A DNA stretch of 64,000 nt from Macrostomum hystrix (GCA_950097015.1 CATNEN010000034.1:2852001-2916000), one strand, 5' to 3'. Positions 1-11,802 are shown, numbered from the stretch's first letter. Notes: a model not told the origin generated them from the letters alone. A program made the numbers and translations.

Positions 1-164
1 TTTTCCGTTTTAATATTTTTCAGCTTGTCGAAGACCTCCTTGCTTAAGTGCTTCTTTAGCAGCGACGTGCAACTGCTGCTGGTCTGAAGCTTCTTGAAGC
101 CGTCTTCGAGGTATTGGAGCACTGCTGCGTCAACTCCAGATACGGCTGCTGGTCTCATTGCCAT
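1..164 (-). CDS. Phosphagen kinase (arginine kinase-like), N-terminal coding exon, runs off the window edge
   Basis: Manual translation from ATG at 164 gives [54 protein letters not shown], matching the phosphagen kinase N-terminal pattern (GFKKL...SLLKKxL..EVFDKLK). A splice-acceptor-like TTTCTAACAG ends at 183. Not in the ORF track. Confidence 0.85.
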   Translation of the reverse strand, partial: MAMRPAAVSGVDAAVLQYLEDGFKKLQTSSSCTSLLKKHLSKEVFDKLKNIKTE

Positions 165-493
165 GCTACAGCTGCTAGCTTTCTGTTAGAAATCTCTCTT
201 CACTGCCACAGAGACGTCAAAGCGTTGAAGCTAATTTGGTTTTAAGAAATGCTCTCGGAAATGATTGAGCTTACTAGCTGATTAACTTTTAGCAAAAGCA
301 AGTTATCCTTGAAAGACAGTGGCCGTCTGGGTCTCCAAATTCGCTCAGAAATATCTGCCCCCAAGGACTGTCTGACTTTGTCTGTGGCCCAGAAGGCGAG
401 CAATCAACTTTGCACCAAGGACTGCTTATTCCTGCTTGATTTTGCGGGCAGGACTGCAGGAACGGCCCATCCTATGCCCGCTGTCGGGCTGGG

Positions 494-2293
494 CCATAGA
501 CATATAGAATGAAAGCAAAAACAATTATATTTAATGGAGTACGGCAGCGCATAAAAGTACAAAAGTAATGACAAGAGCAGTAACAATAATAACAAACAGG
601 GGAGATGAAACAACACACAATTAGCCACACCCATAGTCCAAGTAGTCATAGACAGACTGTGTTAAATGTAATTTCTCTGTCCGAACCGGCAAGAGATCAG
701 AGACACTCACAGGAAGAATAACAGGCGACTACCATTCTTTTCTAGTACAGCAGTCGGCAGAACTCCATGAATGTCACTAGTACGCTGCTCGCAATCCATG
801 GTAGACACTTTAATAGTGCTCGATGTAAGTCCTACACTCAGACCAGACGATGGAGATGTGACATAGCTCGTGGCTTGTTCAACGATCAAACCAGATGATG
901 GCGAAGCAATGGTCAGAGCGTCTGACAGTTGCCGTTTCTTTGTTGGCGAGATCCGTTTTGTGTACCTCTGGATTGACTCTGGTCTTTTGTGACCAGTAAC
1001 ACATTGGATGTCGCCGACTGCAATGCCTTTGTTTGATAATGTCGTGACGACAGTAGCACGAATGCAATGATTTGTGTACTTGCGTGATAGATTCGCCCTT
1101 GTAGAGATCCGAACCACCATGTCGTTCAGGGTGTTCTTACCGAGAACTTGAGTTGCGCTGTACCACTGTTCCGTAGAGAATTTCGCCAACGGCCTTGGAA
1201 ACAAATCACTCACACCAGGAGGCAGCAAGGTTAAATAAAGGTGCACCGCGGCAACAGGACACGTTGATGGGTTATTGGCGGCATACATCTTAATCTGCTT
1301 TCCCGTACATGGGTTGGCAGCATTAGTTGTCTTCTCTTTACCGGACATGACCAAGTCGATGCAGGCAGTCCCAGCCTCCTCAGAGAAGACAATAGCGTCC
1401 TTCGTCAGCTGGCGAAGCCACTCGCGTCCTCTTAAGCCAAAATGCGTACACAACTTGTAGAAAACCTCATCTTGTAGTTTCACAGGCGTAGTTCGATCAA
1501 AGTAAGATCCGAGCTTCACAACATCCTCGTCGGTGATAGCTTGAAAGCCGCTCTGCTCTCCAACGTGTCTGTTCCGTTTCACGGATGCGGCTAGAGTAGC
1601 TTTGTAGGTCTTGTCGAACTTCTGAAAGGCTACATTGCCAATCACTTCCAAATCCCTCACCTCTTTAAAGTGACGATGGAGGCTGGCATGAAAGCCTGCC
1701 AACGTGCTGACGCTGTAGGCATCTCCGTCTGCCCTTTGTAGGGATGCAAACCATAAGCGCATGTACTCAACAAGATACCTTAGAGGCATGCTGTCAATAC
1801 AATCAGGAAGATTCTGCTTGCGCAAAAACGTCTTAAATTTCTCCACACACTGTCTTGTTTTGGCATCTGTAGAGGCTACGCGAGAGGCCGTCTCCACGTC
1901 TAAAATCGCACCCACTTCTTCAGGCGATAACTCCTTGAGTTGATTATCACTGTTCGCTTCGGCGGCCAAATCGGATACAAGGGCGTCCAAAACGCCGTTG
2001 TCCAACGCACGACTGTGTCCAATTCCAGGTACAGGCAGGCCGGTGTATTGGTTAAACAATCGTCCACGGCCACGCAGTTGACACACAAAGTCGATCTCCT
2101 CGCGCTCCAGACCGTTAATCTCTCCTCCCTCTATACTGCAGTCTATCATGTGTGTGCGTTCTATAACTAGAATGAACTGGAGTGACACGTAAGCTGGAAT
2201 GAAAACGATATTTCTGTCAGGCTGACAAGAGAGATGATTCTCTATCGAACTCAAAGGCTTTTCTGGAACTGTATTCTAGAAATTTGTCTATGG
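494..2293 (-). mobile_element. Crypton-like DNA transposon 1 (1800 bp), apparently complete
   Basis: The YR ORF is flanked by inverted 9-mers CCATAGACA (494-502) and TGTCTATGG (2285-2293), each followed inward by a TAGAAT sub-motif. No TSD seen. Boundaries are inferred. Confidence 0.65.
707..2149 (-). CDS. Intact, intronless Crypton-type tyrosine recombinase (DUF3504-like), about 480 aa
   Basis: ORF 707..2254; first ATG at 2149. Catalytic residues are all present: R in HFGLRGRE, HxxR in TNHCIR, H in TGHK, Y in IQRY. Confidence 0.88.
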   Translation of the reverse strand: MIDCSIEGGEINGLEREEIDFVCQLRGRGRLFNQYTGLPVPGIGHSRALDNGVLDALVSDLAAEANSDNQLKELSPEEVGAILDVETASRVASTDAKTRQCVEKFKTFLRKQNLPDCIDSMPLRYLVEYMRLWFASLQRADGDAYSVSTLAGFHASLHRHFKEVRDLEVIGNVAFQKFDKTYKATLAASVKRNRHVGEQSGFQAITDEDVVKLGSYFDRTTPVKLQDEVFYKLCTHFGLRGREWLRQLTKDAIVFSEEAGTACIDLVMSGKEKTTNAANPCTGKQIKMYAANNPSTCPVAAVHLYLTLLPPGVSDLFPRPLAKFSTEQWYSATQVLGKNTLNDMVVRISTRANLSRKYTNHCIRATVVTTLSNKGIAVGDIQCVTGHKRPESIQRYTKRISPTKKRQLSDALTIASPSSGLIVEQATSYVTSPSSGLSVGLTSSTIKVSTMDCEQRTSDIHGVLPTAVLEKNGSRLLFFL

Positions 2294-3572
2294 TTAATAG
2301 TGGGGCTCTGCCCCCACACCCCGTCATGGGAGCAGAAGGCTTTTCTTCCATAGAATATCATTTTCTAGCCGGCCAAGAAACGTGACTTGTTCGATCTTCG
2401 TTTCCGTTCAAACCAATCCAGTTTGCGTCGCGGGCCGAGGAATAACGTTTCTCGGCCCGCCCTTAAAATCAAGAAGGAATACTAATCCTTCAGGATTCAT
2501 ATATAGGATTCATATAATCTCTCAGGATGGGAAACTCGCAAATTATGGCGAAAAAAGTATGAGGCTCTTTGAAAAGCATTGCTCTATGGCCAAGCCGCAT
2601 GCCAATGTCAGGCATTTAGGCTTCGACTTTATAGCAGATTTAGCTAGCCAGAATTGAGCGAAAGAGAGAGTGCAGAGACAATTAAAAACGGGTGCAATCA
2701 AAGGCCATTAAAACACCACCATCCATTTTTGACCGAGTTCCGAAGTCTTAACTCGTTCAGGCGCAAGGGCCATGCAGAAAGTTTTTAGTCACGCTAAAAC
2801 TGCACATGAGCTATGTACATGAAACTTCACACCCTCAAAGTAGTACATCTATCATATTGCCTGGTCTACTAAGTCTGGTCTGGTACGTAGCAACAGCTAC
2901 GTACGCTGCTAGTTTCAGAAAGTTTCTTTAAGATCAAGGACTTGAGATCATAGCGTTACGCCGTTGCTGACGGCAAACAGCCGCCTATAGGCAGGTTGTA
3001 TTATACCAATATTGATGCTGTTATATATTATAGATAATATCCATATCAAACAACCCGACCAGCACATCAACCCCTTAAACACCAGTGGTTGTCTGTGGCT
3101 TAAGTGACTTAAGAGTTAAGAAAATGATTTAAAGTGCAGGCCGATGGTGAAACACAATACAGCTTATCGAGTTAATACTTAATAGCTGATTTATATTTTA
3201 TTACGTACTTCAACTAGCAAACTCTAGCCTTCGCGACTAAACTAATGCGTGTTAGGCTCACAGATCCGAATAAGCATTGTGGGGTTAGAAGTAATTTTGG
3301 TATTTAAAACTCGATATTGAACACATAGGTTGTTATTATCCACAGCCGCGACAGAATGAAATTATAAAAAAGCTGTGGATCTTTTAAAAATAAAATCCAA
3401 CAGGAAATCTTAATGATATACAACAAAGACTGATATTTACAAATTAACAAATCATTAATTTGTTAGAACAAACAGCCACCTCTTAGAATTCTACTTTAGG
3501 GCTTAAAAACACTACAAACAACAAGCACTGTCTTCACACGACTAAATGTACGCATAATTCAGCTGCATAGCT

Positions 3573-6500
3573 TCAGTTCTTCGGCTCGATGGCTCTGACT
3601 AGGCAGCAGGCGACAACAATACAAAACACCTGCAGAGAATTGTTAGACGGGTAATTTTACCATTGTGTCTTTAGTTTAAAATAAGTGCTTATTTGCTCCA
3701 AATAATTGATTGCGCTCACCTCAAAAAGGGCAATGCCAACCGACACACCGATTATTGGACCGGCAAATTCGTTAATAAAGTCCATCACGCCATTGAAGCA
3801 GGTCTGAAATTTTAGACAGCAAAAAATCTGACAGAGAAGTTCAGCGCCGATTACAAACAGCTGCAATGCCATTCTGACAGTCACTACAGGGCAACCGACA
3901 ATCTTCTTGAAACAGCTGCAATGCCATTCTGACAGTCACTACAGGGCAACCGACAATCTTCTTGAAACAGCTGCAATGCCATTCTGACAGTCACTACAGG
4001 GCAACCAACAATCTTCTTGAAACAGCTGCAATGCCATTCTGACAGTCACTACAGGGCAACCGACAATCTTCTTGAAACAGCTGCAATGCCATTCTGACAG
4101 TCACTACAGGGCAACCAACAATCTTCTTGAAACAGCTGCAATGCCATTCTGACAGTCACTACAGGGCAACCGACAATCTTCTTGAAACAGCTGCAATGCC
4201 ATTCTGACAGTCACTACAGGGCAACCAACAATCTTCTTGAAACAGCTGCAATGCCATTCTGACAGTCACTAGAGAATAATAAAACACATGCAGTGCTATA
4301 TTAAAAGCCCTATTGAATTAGTTCAACAATGCGTGCTCAAGTATACCTTGGTGTTCTGCCCATTTCCAGTGAAGGGGCAGTTGGCATCAACCAATGTGTT
4401 GTTGAGGTGGTCGGGCCAGGAATAATCCGGATTAGCGGAGGCAGTTTTCTTCGCATTGTGCACCCGGCAGCAGGTGATTGGCAGCTGTAGTTCCCGGCCT
4501 TCCCAGGTGCGGTTTGAGCCCAGCCAGCTGCTGCTGTTGGCGATGTCACCGACAGTCTTGGCGCCGCAGCAGTCGAACTGGTTCAAAGCGTAAAATAACT
4601 TTTTAACTTCTCAGAGTGAAAATATTTAATGAAAACGACGCTTAAGTTCAAAGGAAACAAATGTAACAATGTCTTACCGACATCTGGAGGTTGTTTAGCA
4701 GATAGGTGACAGTCTTGTTATCCTGACTGATCGATTTGCTGAGATAGTCCGGCATGGCGACAAACAATGAGTTCTGCAGCCTATAGATTCCATCCTCGGA
4801 AGCCGTTCGGATGCGACCCTGGAACACGCCGGCCAAGATGGCGGCAGTCACTTCCACGGCGAGAACCAGACCAACGAAGAATGAATACTGCGGAAGGCAA
4901 AGTGTAGGCCATTTCAACTAGTAGTGCTATAGTATTTTCTGATGTTATGCCCAGTGGTTTCAGCCAAAGTACTTGTGACCGACAGGTCGGGAGTTCGAAT
5001 CTTAACCCGAATGAAACTATTTCTGCCCTTGAGAAAGATTTTTAATTCCCCCAGTTAGCCGTTTTGGGGTCATCTCCAGCTGAGAGCCTCACCAATCTAT
5101 ATGACAACAGGCCCATCTATCAATAGTCTTCAATAAATAAATGCTCAAGCAATATGTTAACATAAAATATTGCCATATACTTTCGTAGCAACAAGTGGAG
5201 TTGACAGCTTCGAAATCTAGAATTGCGAAAGTTCAGTTAAGAGCAAAAAAATCGACATTGTCATCAAGTTTCGTGGAGAGCCTCGTCAAACTAGAACTAT
5301 AGCAGTTCCGTTGATAACCTTATCAACCTTGGACTATAGCAGTTCCGTTGAGACCCTTATCAACCCTTGGACTATAGCAGTTCCGTTGAGAGCCTCATCA
5401 ACCTTGGACTATAGCAGTTCCGTTGAGAGCCTCATCAAGCTTGGGCTATAGCAGTTCCGTTGAGAGCCTCATCAAACCTTGGACTATAGCAGTTCCGTTG
5501 AGAGCCTCATCAAGCTTGGACTATAGCAGTTCAGTTGAAAGCCTCATCAACCTTGGACTATAGCAGGTCCGTTGAGAGCCTCATCAAGCTTGGACTATAG
5601 CAGTTACGTTGAGAGCCTCATCAAGCTTGGACTATAGCAGTTCCGTTGAGAGCCTCATCAACCTTGGACTATAGCAGTTCCGTTGAGAGCCTCATCAACC
5701 CTTGGACTATATCAGTTCCGTTGAGAGCCTCATCAACCTTGGACTATAGCAGTTCAGTTGAAAGCCTCATCAACCTTGGACTATAGCAGTTCCGTTGAGA
5801 GCCTCATCAAGCTTGGACTATAGCAGTTCCGTTGAGAGCCTCATCAACCTTGGACTATAGCAGTTCAGTTGAAAGCCTCATCAACCTTGGACTATAGCAG
5901 TTCCGTTGAGAGCCTCATCAAGCTTGGACTATAGCTGTTCCGTTGAGAGCCTCATCAAGCTTTGACTATAGCAGTTCCGTTGAGAGCCTCATCAAGCTTG
6001 GACTATAGCTGTTCCGTTGAGAGCCTCATCAAGCTTTGACTATAGCAGTTCCGTTGAGAGCCTCATCAACCTTGGACTATAGCAGTTCCGTTGAGAGCCT
6101 TATCAATCTTGGACTTGGAGTTACGTTGAGAGCCTCATCAAGCTTCGACTTTAACAGTTCCGTGTATTGCTAGCCTTCTCAAGGATAGTTCTGTACTAAA
6201 CCTTTCCAAATGTGATGTCTCCTATAGCGCGTTACTTTAGCACAATAGCATTGCAAGTTTTAACAAAATCCTGTCATTCATAAAGCCTCACCAGTCCCAA
6301 GAGACACTTGGACTCTTTGACGGCGCCGCAGCAGCCGCAGAAGCCGACAACCAATGTGAATGCACCGATGCCGATTAGAACAAAACCAGCGATGGTGACT
6401 AGTCCGTTCTGATTGGCCACAGAATCTATCTGGCTTTTGTTGCTACCCTTGTCCACTTGATTGTCAATCAGGTTAATGAAGCGAAACAGTTCGTTCTTGT

Positions 6501-6606
6501 TGACGGCCACCCAGATGCCAACACCGAGGCTGGCGGCTCCGAGTAGGAAGAAGACAATGTTGAAGATGAACAGGATCATCTTAGCCAGTGATGCGCTGCA
6601 AGCCAT
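3573..6606 (-). CDS. Tetraspanin, 5 coding exons, 298 aa
   Basis: Exons 6606-6292, 4887-4678, 4577-4347, 3803-3720, 3629-3573, all joined by phase-0 GT-AG introns. Four hydrophobic helices, GFCGCCGAVKESKCLL after TM2, CCG motif and PITCC in the large loop. Confidence 0.95.
3855..4270. repeat. 55-bp minisatellite, about 7.5 copies, tetraspanin intron 3
   Basis: Unit AAACAGCTGCAATGCCATTCTGACAGTCACTACAGGGCAACCGACAATCTTCTTG. Confidence 0.95.
4945..5140 (+). mobile_element. Degenerate tRNA-related SINE-like fragment
   Basis: B-box-like GGGAGTTCGAATC followed by TGCCCTTGAGAAAG, similar to SINE2 bodies, and an A-rich end. Single copy, weak support. Confidence 0.3.
5276..6163. repeat. 37-bp minisatellite, about 24 copies, tetraspanin intron 1
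   Basis: Unit GGACTATAGCAGTTCCGTTGAGAGCCTCATCAACCTT. Confidence 0.95.
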
Positions 6607-7254
6607 CTTGTAAAATGAGCGTATACCTTGTCTGCGGTAAATGGGTTGGTTCTGAAGCGTAGGCGAAACGATTCGGCCAAAGTGAATTACTGTGAAACTA
6701 TTTAAGGGTCGCTCAGATAGGTATAACAATTAGTGCACTGAATTTTATTGATCAGTCCTTTTCTAAAGTGCATGCTGAACAACGCTTCAACCCCACTCCA
6801 ATTAAGGCACGGTGAGTTTGTACAATAGTCCGACGATGAGAAAATCGAAGCAGGTCTACGCTACCGTTTAGGTGTACATGTAATAATCGATGCCAAATTA
6901 CTCTGCGCGTTCAGGCTAAACGCAGGTCTTGTTGCTCAAGTGGCACAGTACGCTAGTATCCTATGAAAGTGAGTCACAAACAATTTTGCACTGAAACATG
7001 AAAATTTATTTTTCACAAGCCACCCCAATTGGCATACAACTTACTTACCAACAATATCGAGATATGAAAACGTTTATTACAGTCAAAATAGCTGGAAACA
7101 ATAATTTCACCTCAGTCAAATGAGTTCTAGATGAGAGGTATGAACATTCGCGCTGCTCTTTATAAGCCAGTTTGCACGGTCATACAGAAACAACTGAAAC
7201 AACTGGCCAGGCAAATTTCTCCCCCCATCCGCGATCGATATTCTCCCCACCGTT

Positions 7255-7268
7255 GTTACCTAGGCAAC
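7255..7268. promoter_or_regulatory. RFX X-box motif
   Basis: GTTACCTAGGCAAC is a full match to GTNRCC-N0-3-RGYAAC, about 650 bp upstream of the tetraspanin ATG. Confidence 0.45.
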
Positions 7269-8209
7269 CGTGAGCACTATATCCCTTCTACAGACAACTC
7301 CAGTTACTGAGTACAACTGGCCATGATGAGATCAGGAAAAAGAGATGGGAATCGAAGCCTCAGATTTGTTATTAGGGGGGCCGAACAGTGAACGGAAAGA
7401 GAAGCTCTGCCCTACCTGTCTCTCCCTCCTGTACCTACTTCGTGAGTTAGATGAGTGCGATTCGAGGTACACCTGCGAAGCCGCACTCATCCAACTTTCT
7501 TCCCCGTCTTCCGCCTTTCCCATGTCATTCTTTGTACTCGCCCTAGATTTCAGAGCTCAGGCACGTGTTTTTTTGCTCAAACAGGGATGCTAATTTTAGT
7601 AACAGAGTGCTGTCAATCGATGTCAACTTTGAGTCCCCATCGGACAAGCCTAGCAGGCCGCATGATCAGTTATCATTTCCAAGTGGCCTAGCTGTCTAAC
7701 CGTATAGTGAGTAAATGCAATTTCGCATATTGAGTCTCCTGGCAAATATAGGGAAGTTGACTCTTATTTAACAAGTACCATAGCAGCCTCTAATTCTCTA
7801 ATGCACAACCAACTCAACTGACAGACGTATCCGACACGCTCGTACATTGAAACATGCCAAAAGTAGGAATAATTTCATTAGTATTAAAAAATGCTCCAAG
7901 ATACGGATACCATATATATAACATACTGTTTCTAAGCCATTTCTAAACCCATTGTGACATTCTCTTATAATTTTTTTATTTCGAGGTTTGACAGAAAATT
8001 TCTGTGTATTGGCCATAACTTTTACATAAATAAGTCTCCGTGATGTCCTTACTCAAAGTATGCACTTCTCCCAGCACGACACCGTCAAGGTCAGGCGCCA
8101 TGTTCGTGTTCGTCACGGCTTTGATGCCTGCCCTATACGCCTGGTTGGCTTACTCCTCTGTGTTGAAGCGCTGCCAATAGCAGCTTTTGCATGTGATCTC
8201 AATCACAAT

Positions 8210-8454
8210 CCTTGTTGGTTGTCGTGCAATTTACGCCCTTGAGGGCCAACCTCCAAGGCACAGTGAGAGTGTACACTGCCTGACGATAAGAAAGAAACAC
8301 ATGTGTCAGCGTCTACCTGCGTACAGATCTGTGTGCGTGTAATTAGCGGAATGGGAACAACTGCCTCCTCGCTTGCTGCGCGTCCAGTGTCACCAAATGA
8401 TTTGCCATTGCCCACAGCCCCCTTGCAATTATTATTATTATTATTATTATTATA
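8210..8454 (+). mobile_element. tRNA-derived SINE, 5'-truncated copy A
   Basis: Shares a 59/60-nt identical block with the copy at 17803-18155 (opposite strand) and ends in an (ATT)n tail. Confidence 0.8.
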
Positions 8455-8599
8455 GGCGAGCCATCTAAAATAAAAGAAGCCATGTACTATCCTCTAATTT
8501 TGTTATTACACTCAAGGTCAGCCTTCAGAGCCAGTCCGAGAGGTACAGAACTACAGTCAGTCTGTCATGGTTTGCTGCAGAAGGGCTTGATCAGGATCC

Positions 8600-8720
8600 T
8601 GGTGGGTTTTCCGTGGATGGGTTTTCTGTGTATGGGTTTTCTCTGTGGATCGGTTTTCTGTAGATGGATTTTTTGTGGATGGGTTTTCTGTGTATGGGTT
8701 TACTGTGGATGGGTTTTAGT
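8600..8720. repeat. 15-bp minisatellite
   Basis: Unit approximately GTGGATGGGTTTTCT, about 8 copies. Confidence 0.85.
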
Positions 8721-10761
8721 TTTCGTTACTGCTACATTCTGCAAATCAGATTATCCGATTAAGATTTAAAGAAACCAGGAGTCGGTTCTGCGACCTTTGC
8801 CTGGAAGAGTTTCACGGGTTACTTCCATAAACACGCTTCATTTATAGTAAATCGAGCAACGGAATGGAGACTTAAGGATTTCATTTTACCCGTATCTTTT
8901 TCGCCTCTAATTTCGCCTTTCTCAATAGGTTTTTAAGCATGAGTTGGTTCAATAAATAAAGTTTTTATTGACAGTAGACTATAGATTCAATTGGATTGAA
9001 GAATCTCCACTCAAATTTGCCTCACAAACAGTGTCACTGAACCCTACAACATTTTTTCGATAAATGTGTAAACGGTGTGATCACACAAAAGTATGTGCAC
9101 GCAATCATCAGATCGTAGCCGTGTTGTTTCAGACGATATCCTGCAATAAGGTTAGCTATTTTTTATTTTGCTTAAATTATAAAGTACTCGCCGCGTGTGT
9201 AGCTGATAAAAGTTAATTACCCATACTTACACAAACTTTAACGGATTTTTTAATTAATTGTCTTTGAAATTCATTCAGTCAATTACACTTATTGTTTAGA
9301 AATTGAAAATAGCGCTTAATATTGGGTTTCCGGCCAGACACTTTGGCTGCTTCGTCTTTACTAACCTTGTCCTGACTCCGGCCACCGCGAAGATGGAATG
9401 ACAGCGAAATGTCTTTTTTGGTCTAATTCGGTGACACGGCAAAGGTTTAATCGTCAATATATATGTTGTAGTTGTATTTATTTTTCAAAAAGATTAAGAT
9501 CCCTTCAAAAGCAGTCGTATGTAAATGCAACGTATTGAATACAAGTTCTGATTGTTTTTGTAGAGTTGTTCTGTCTTAATAATTCGTTGTACGATTATTA
9601 CTTTTTGCTAACTGAATGTGACATAAAGTACAAAATATCATTAAAGAATTGTTCTTAGTTGAAAATTGCCTCAATAATCCTTTGTTCCGGCTAAAACCGG
9701 ATTTTCTTTTGTTTAACATTTAAACTTTCCGAAACTCCACTTTTGTGACAAATTTAAATTAATTCAGCGGAGTGCAGTCCGCAGCGGAGTGCAGTTTAAG
9801 GCCCGTACTATCTTGTGATGTAGCTCCATCGTAGTTAGGATTTGATCGCGATATAACCATTGGCAGCAATAGTCTATTTACAGTAAAACAGTTTTTGTTT
9901 CTTTGTATCATTTTTATTAATTTTCGATGTCCAGGACTGTTGCTTGAATATTTTATTCTACATAGCGACATACCATCTACAAAATATATGATAGCCTATG
10001 ACTTAAAATAGTCTTAGAATATTGTAAGGTGAAGTAAACTTGAATAACTGAAGCAACTCAACCGAAGTAAAGAAATAACTTATTGTCATTTCTAGAATTA
10101 AGAGAATATGTTTCTGCATTCCTGAAGTTATTCTATTTTCTAAGTTATCATTGTCAATTATATTCTACATTTTCATTATTTTATGACAGAGTATATAACT
10201 AACTACAAGTATAACTATGATTGCAAATGTAGCCTATGATATGTCTATGACTAAATACTAATTTACTTGATATTGTTAGATGAAGCTTTATATGATCAAA
10301 TATAGCATTTTTCAATACATAGAATAATAAGCTACATAGTAATATATAACAGAATCACTTAAAGTAGCTATTTCAAGGTTCTTTAATGAAATAAGCCATT
10401 AACTAGTGAATTGTGTTTAGAAATATGTAATTAATATAAGTGATTTTAAGGACAATCATTTCAAAGTTAAAAATTATAACCAATAAGTAATCATTATAAA
10501 TTGTTGATCTTTTCTTTAGAAATAAAAAAAGTAATATTTTTGTATCTGCTTTGACTTATTCTTTAATACTTGCTAATTAGTCCATTTTTTCTTAATCTTT
10601 ATAGTGTCAATTCTAAGTTTTTACTTGGATATAGTATATAAGTTTCTTAATTAAGTTAAATATTGTACTTAAAAGTTAGATTTTAAATGTTTGCTTGTAA
10701 AAACTTTACTACTGCTCAAAATGATAACTCTAATTTCTCCCTCTAACTTGACATTTGTCAG

Positions 10762-11802
10762 GCGTCATTCCAGCAGCCATTTACCATGCAGCTGATCACA
10801 GCTGATGGTGTGTCACTGCTGCCAGCCCACACCATAATCACTAGCGCACCAGCTGATTTTCTAAGAAAAGATGGACAGCCTATTCAGGTGACAACTACAT
10901 CAGGTGGCTATGCTCAGGCTATTGAGGTCAAGCCAGGCCAGGTGTTATCTGGTCAGGTTCTATCTGGCCAGATCCTGTCTGGCCAAATGCTGCAAGGCCA
11001 GATGCTGTCTGGCCAAATGCTGCAGGGCCAGGTTCTATCTGGCCAGATGCCTTTGACTGCCAATTCGCGCGACTTCTTTAGCCAAGCTGGCCAGCATGTG
11101 AAACTGCAGGCTTTGCCTCATTCCTTCATCATACCCACTGCTCAGCTGTTGCCGCAGCAGCAGCAGCAGAAAATCGAGACTCAGCAGCAGGGCGGTTTGC
11201 AGCAGGCGGCCCATCACCAACAGCATCAGCAGCAGCAGTGGGTAAAGGCCGAGCCTGGAGGTGCCGGTGTCAGCGTGTCTGGTGTTCAACAGCAGGCGAA
11301 TGCGGCGGCCGCTGCGCCAGCCGGCGGAGTGGCCTGCTCCACCTGCGGCAAAGTGCTTGCCGACGCTGCCAAGCTCAAGCGTCACCTAGCTACGCACACA
11401 GCCGAGGCTGCCGCCTCAGCCGGCGCCTTCCCGTGCGAGCACTGCGGCAAGGCCTTCGGCTCCAGCTATCGGCTGCGTCGGCACGCTGTCATTCACAGCG
11501 ACGCCAAGCCGTACACCTGCCCAACCTGCCACAAAGCCTTTAGCCGATCCTACAGCCTAACTACCCACATTAAGATTCACAGCGGTACCAAGGATCACCG
11601 CTGCGGCTATTGCGACAAGGCCTACGCCCGCTCTGATCACCTGCGCCGGCACATCCTGCACGCCCACACGCCGGGCGGCGCGCCGACCACGCATCGGCCG
11701 CCAGCGGCCAAGAACTTCATGTGTCCGGTGTGCGCCAAGGCCTTCTCCGACTCGTCGCACCTGCGCCGTCACATGCGCACCCATCCGGGCCAGACGGCCT
11801 GA
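10762..11802 (+). CDS. C2H2 zinc-finger transcription factor, last (or only) coding exon
   Basis: Acceptor TTTGTCAG ends at 10761; ATG at 10786. Five CxxC-12-HxxxH fingers with TGEKP-like linkers (SDAKPY, SGTKDH) and a Q-rich N-terminal part. An upstream exon was not located. Confidence 0.92.
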   Translation, partial: ASFQQPFTMQLITADGVSLLPAHTIITSAPADFLRKDGQPIQVTTTSGGYAQAIEVKPGQVLSGQVLSGQILSGQMLQGQMLSGQMLQGQVLSGQMPLTANSRDFFSQAGQHVKLQALPHSFIIPTAQLLPQQQQQKIETQQQGGLQQAAHHQQHQQQQWVKAEPGGAGVSVSGVQQQANAAAAAPAGGVACSTCGKVLADAAKLKRHLATHTAEAAASAGAFPCEHCGKAFGSSYRLRRHAVIHSDAKPYTCPTCHKAFSRSYSLTTHIKIHSGTKDHRCGYCDKAYARSDHLRRHILHAHTPGGAPTTHRPPAAKNFMCPVCAKAFSDSSHLRRHMRTHPGQTA

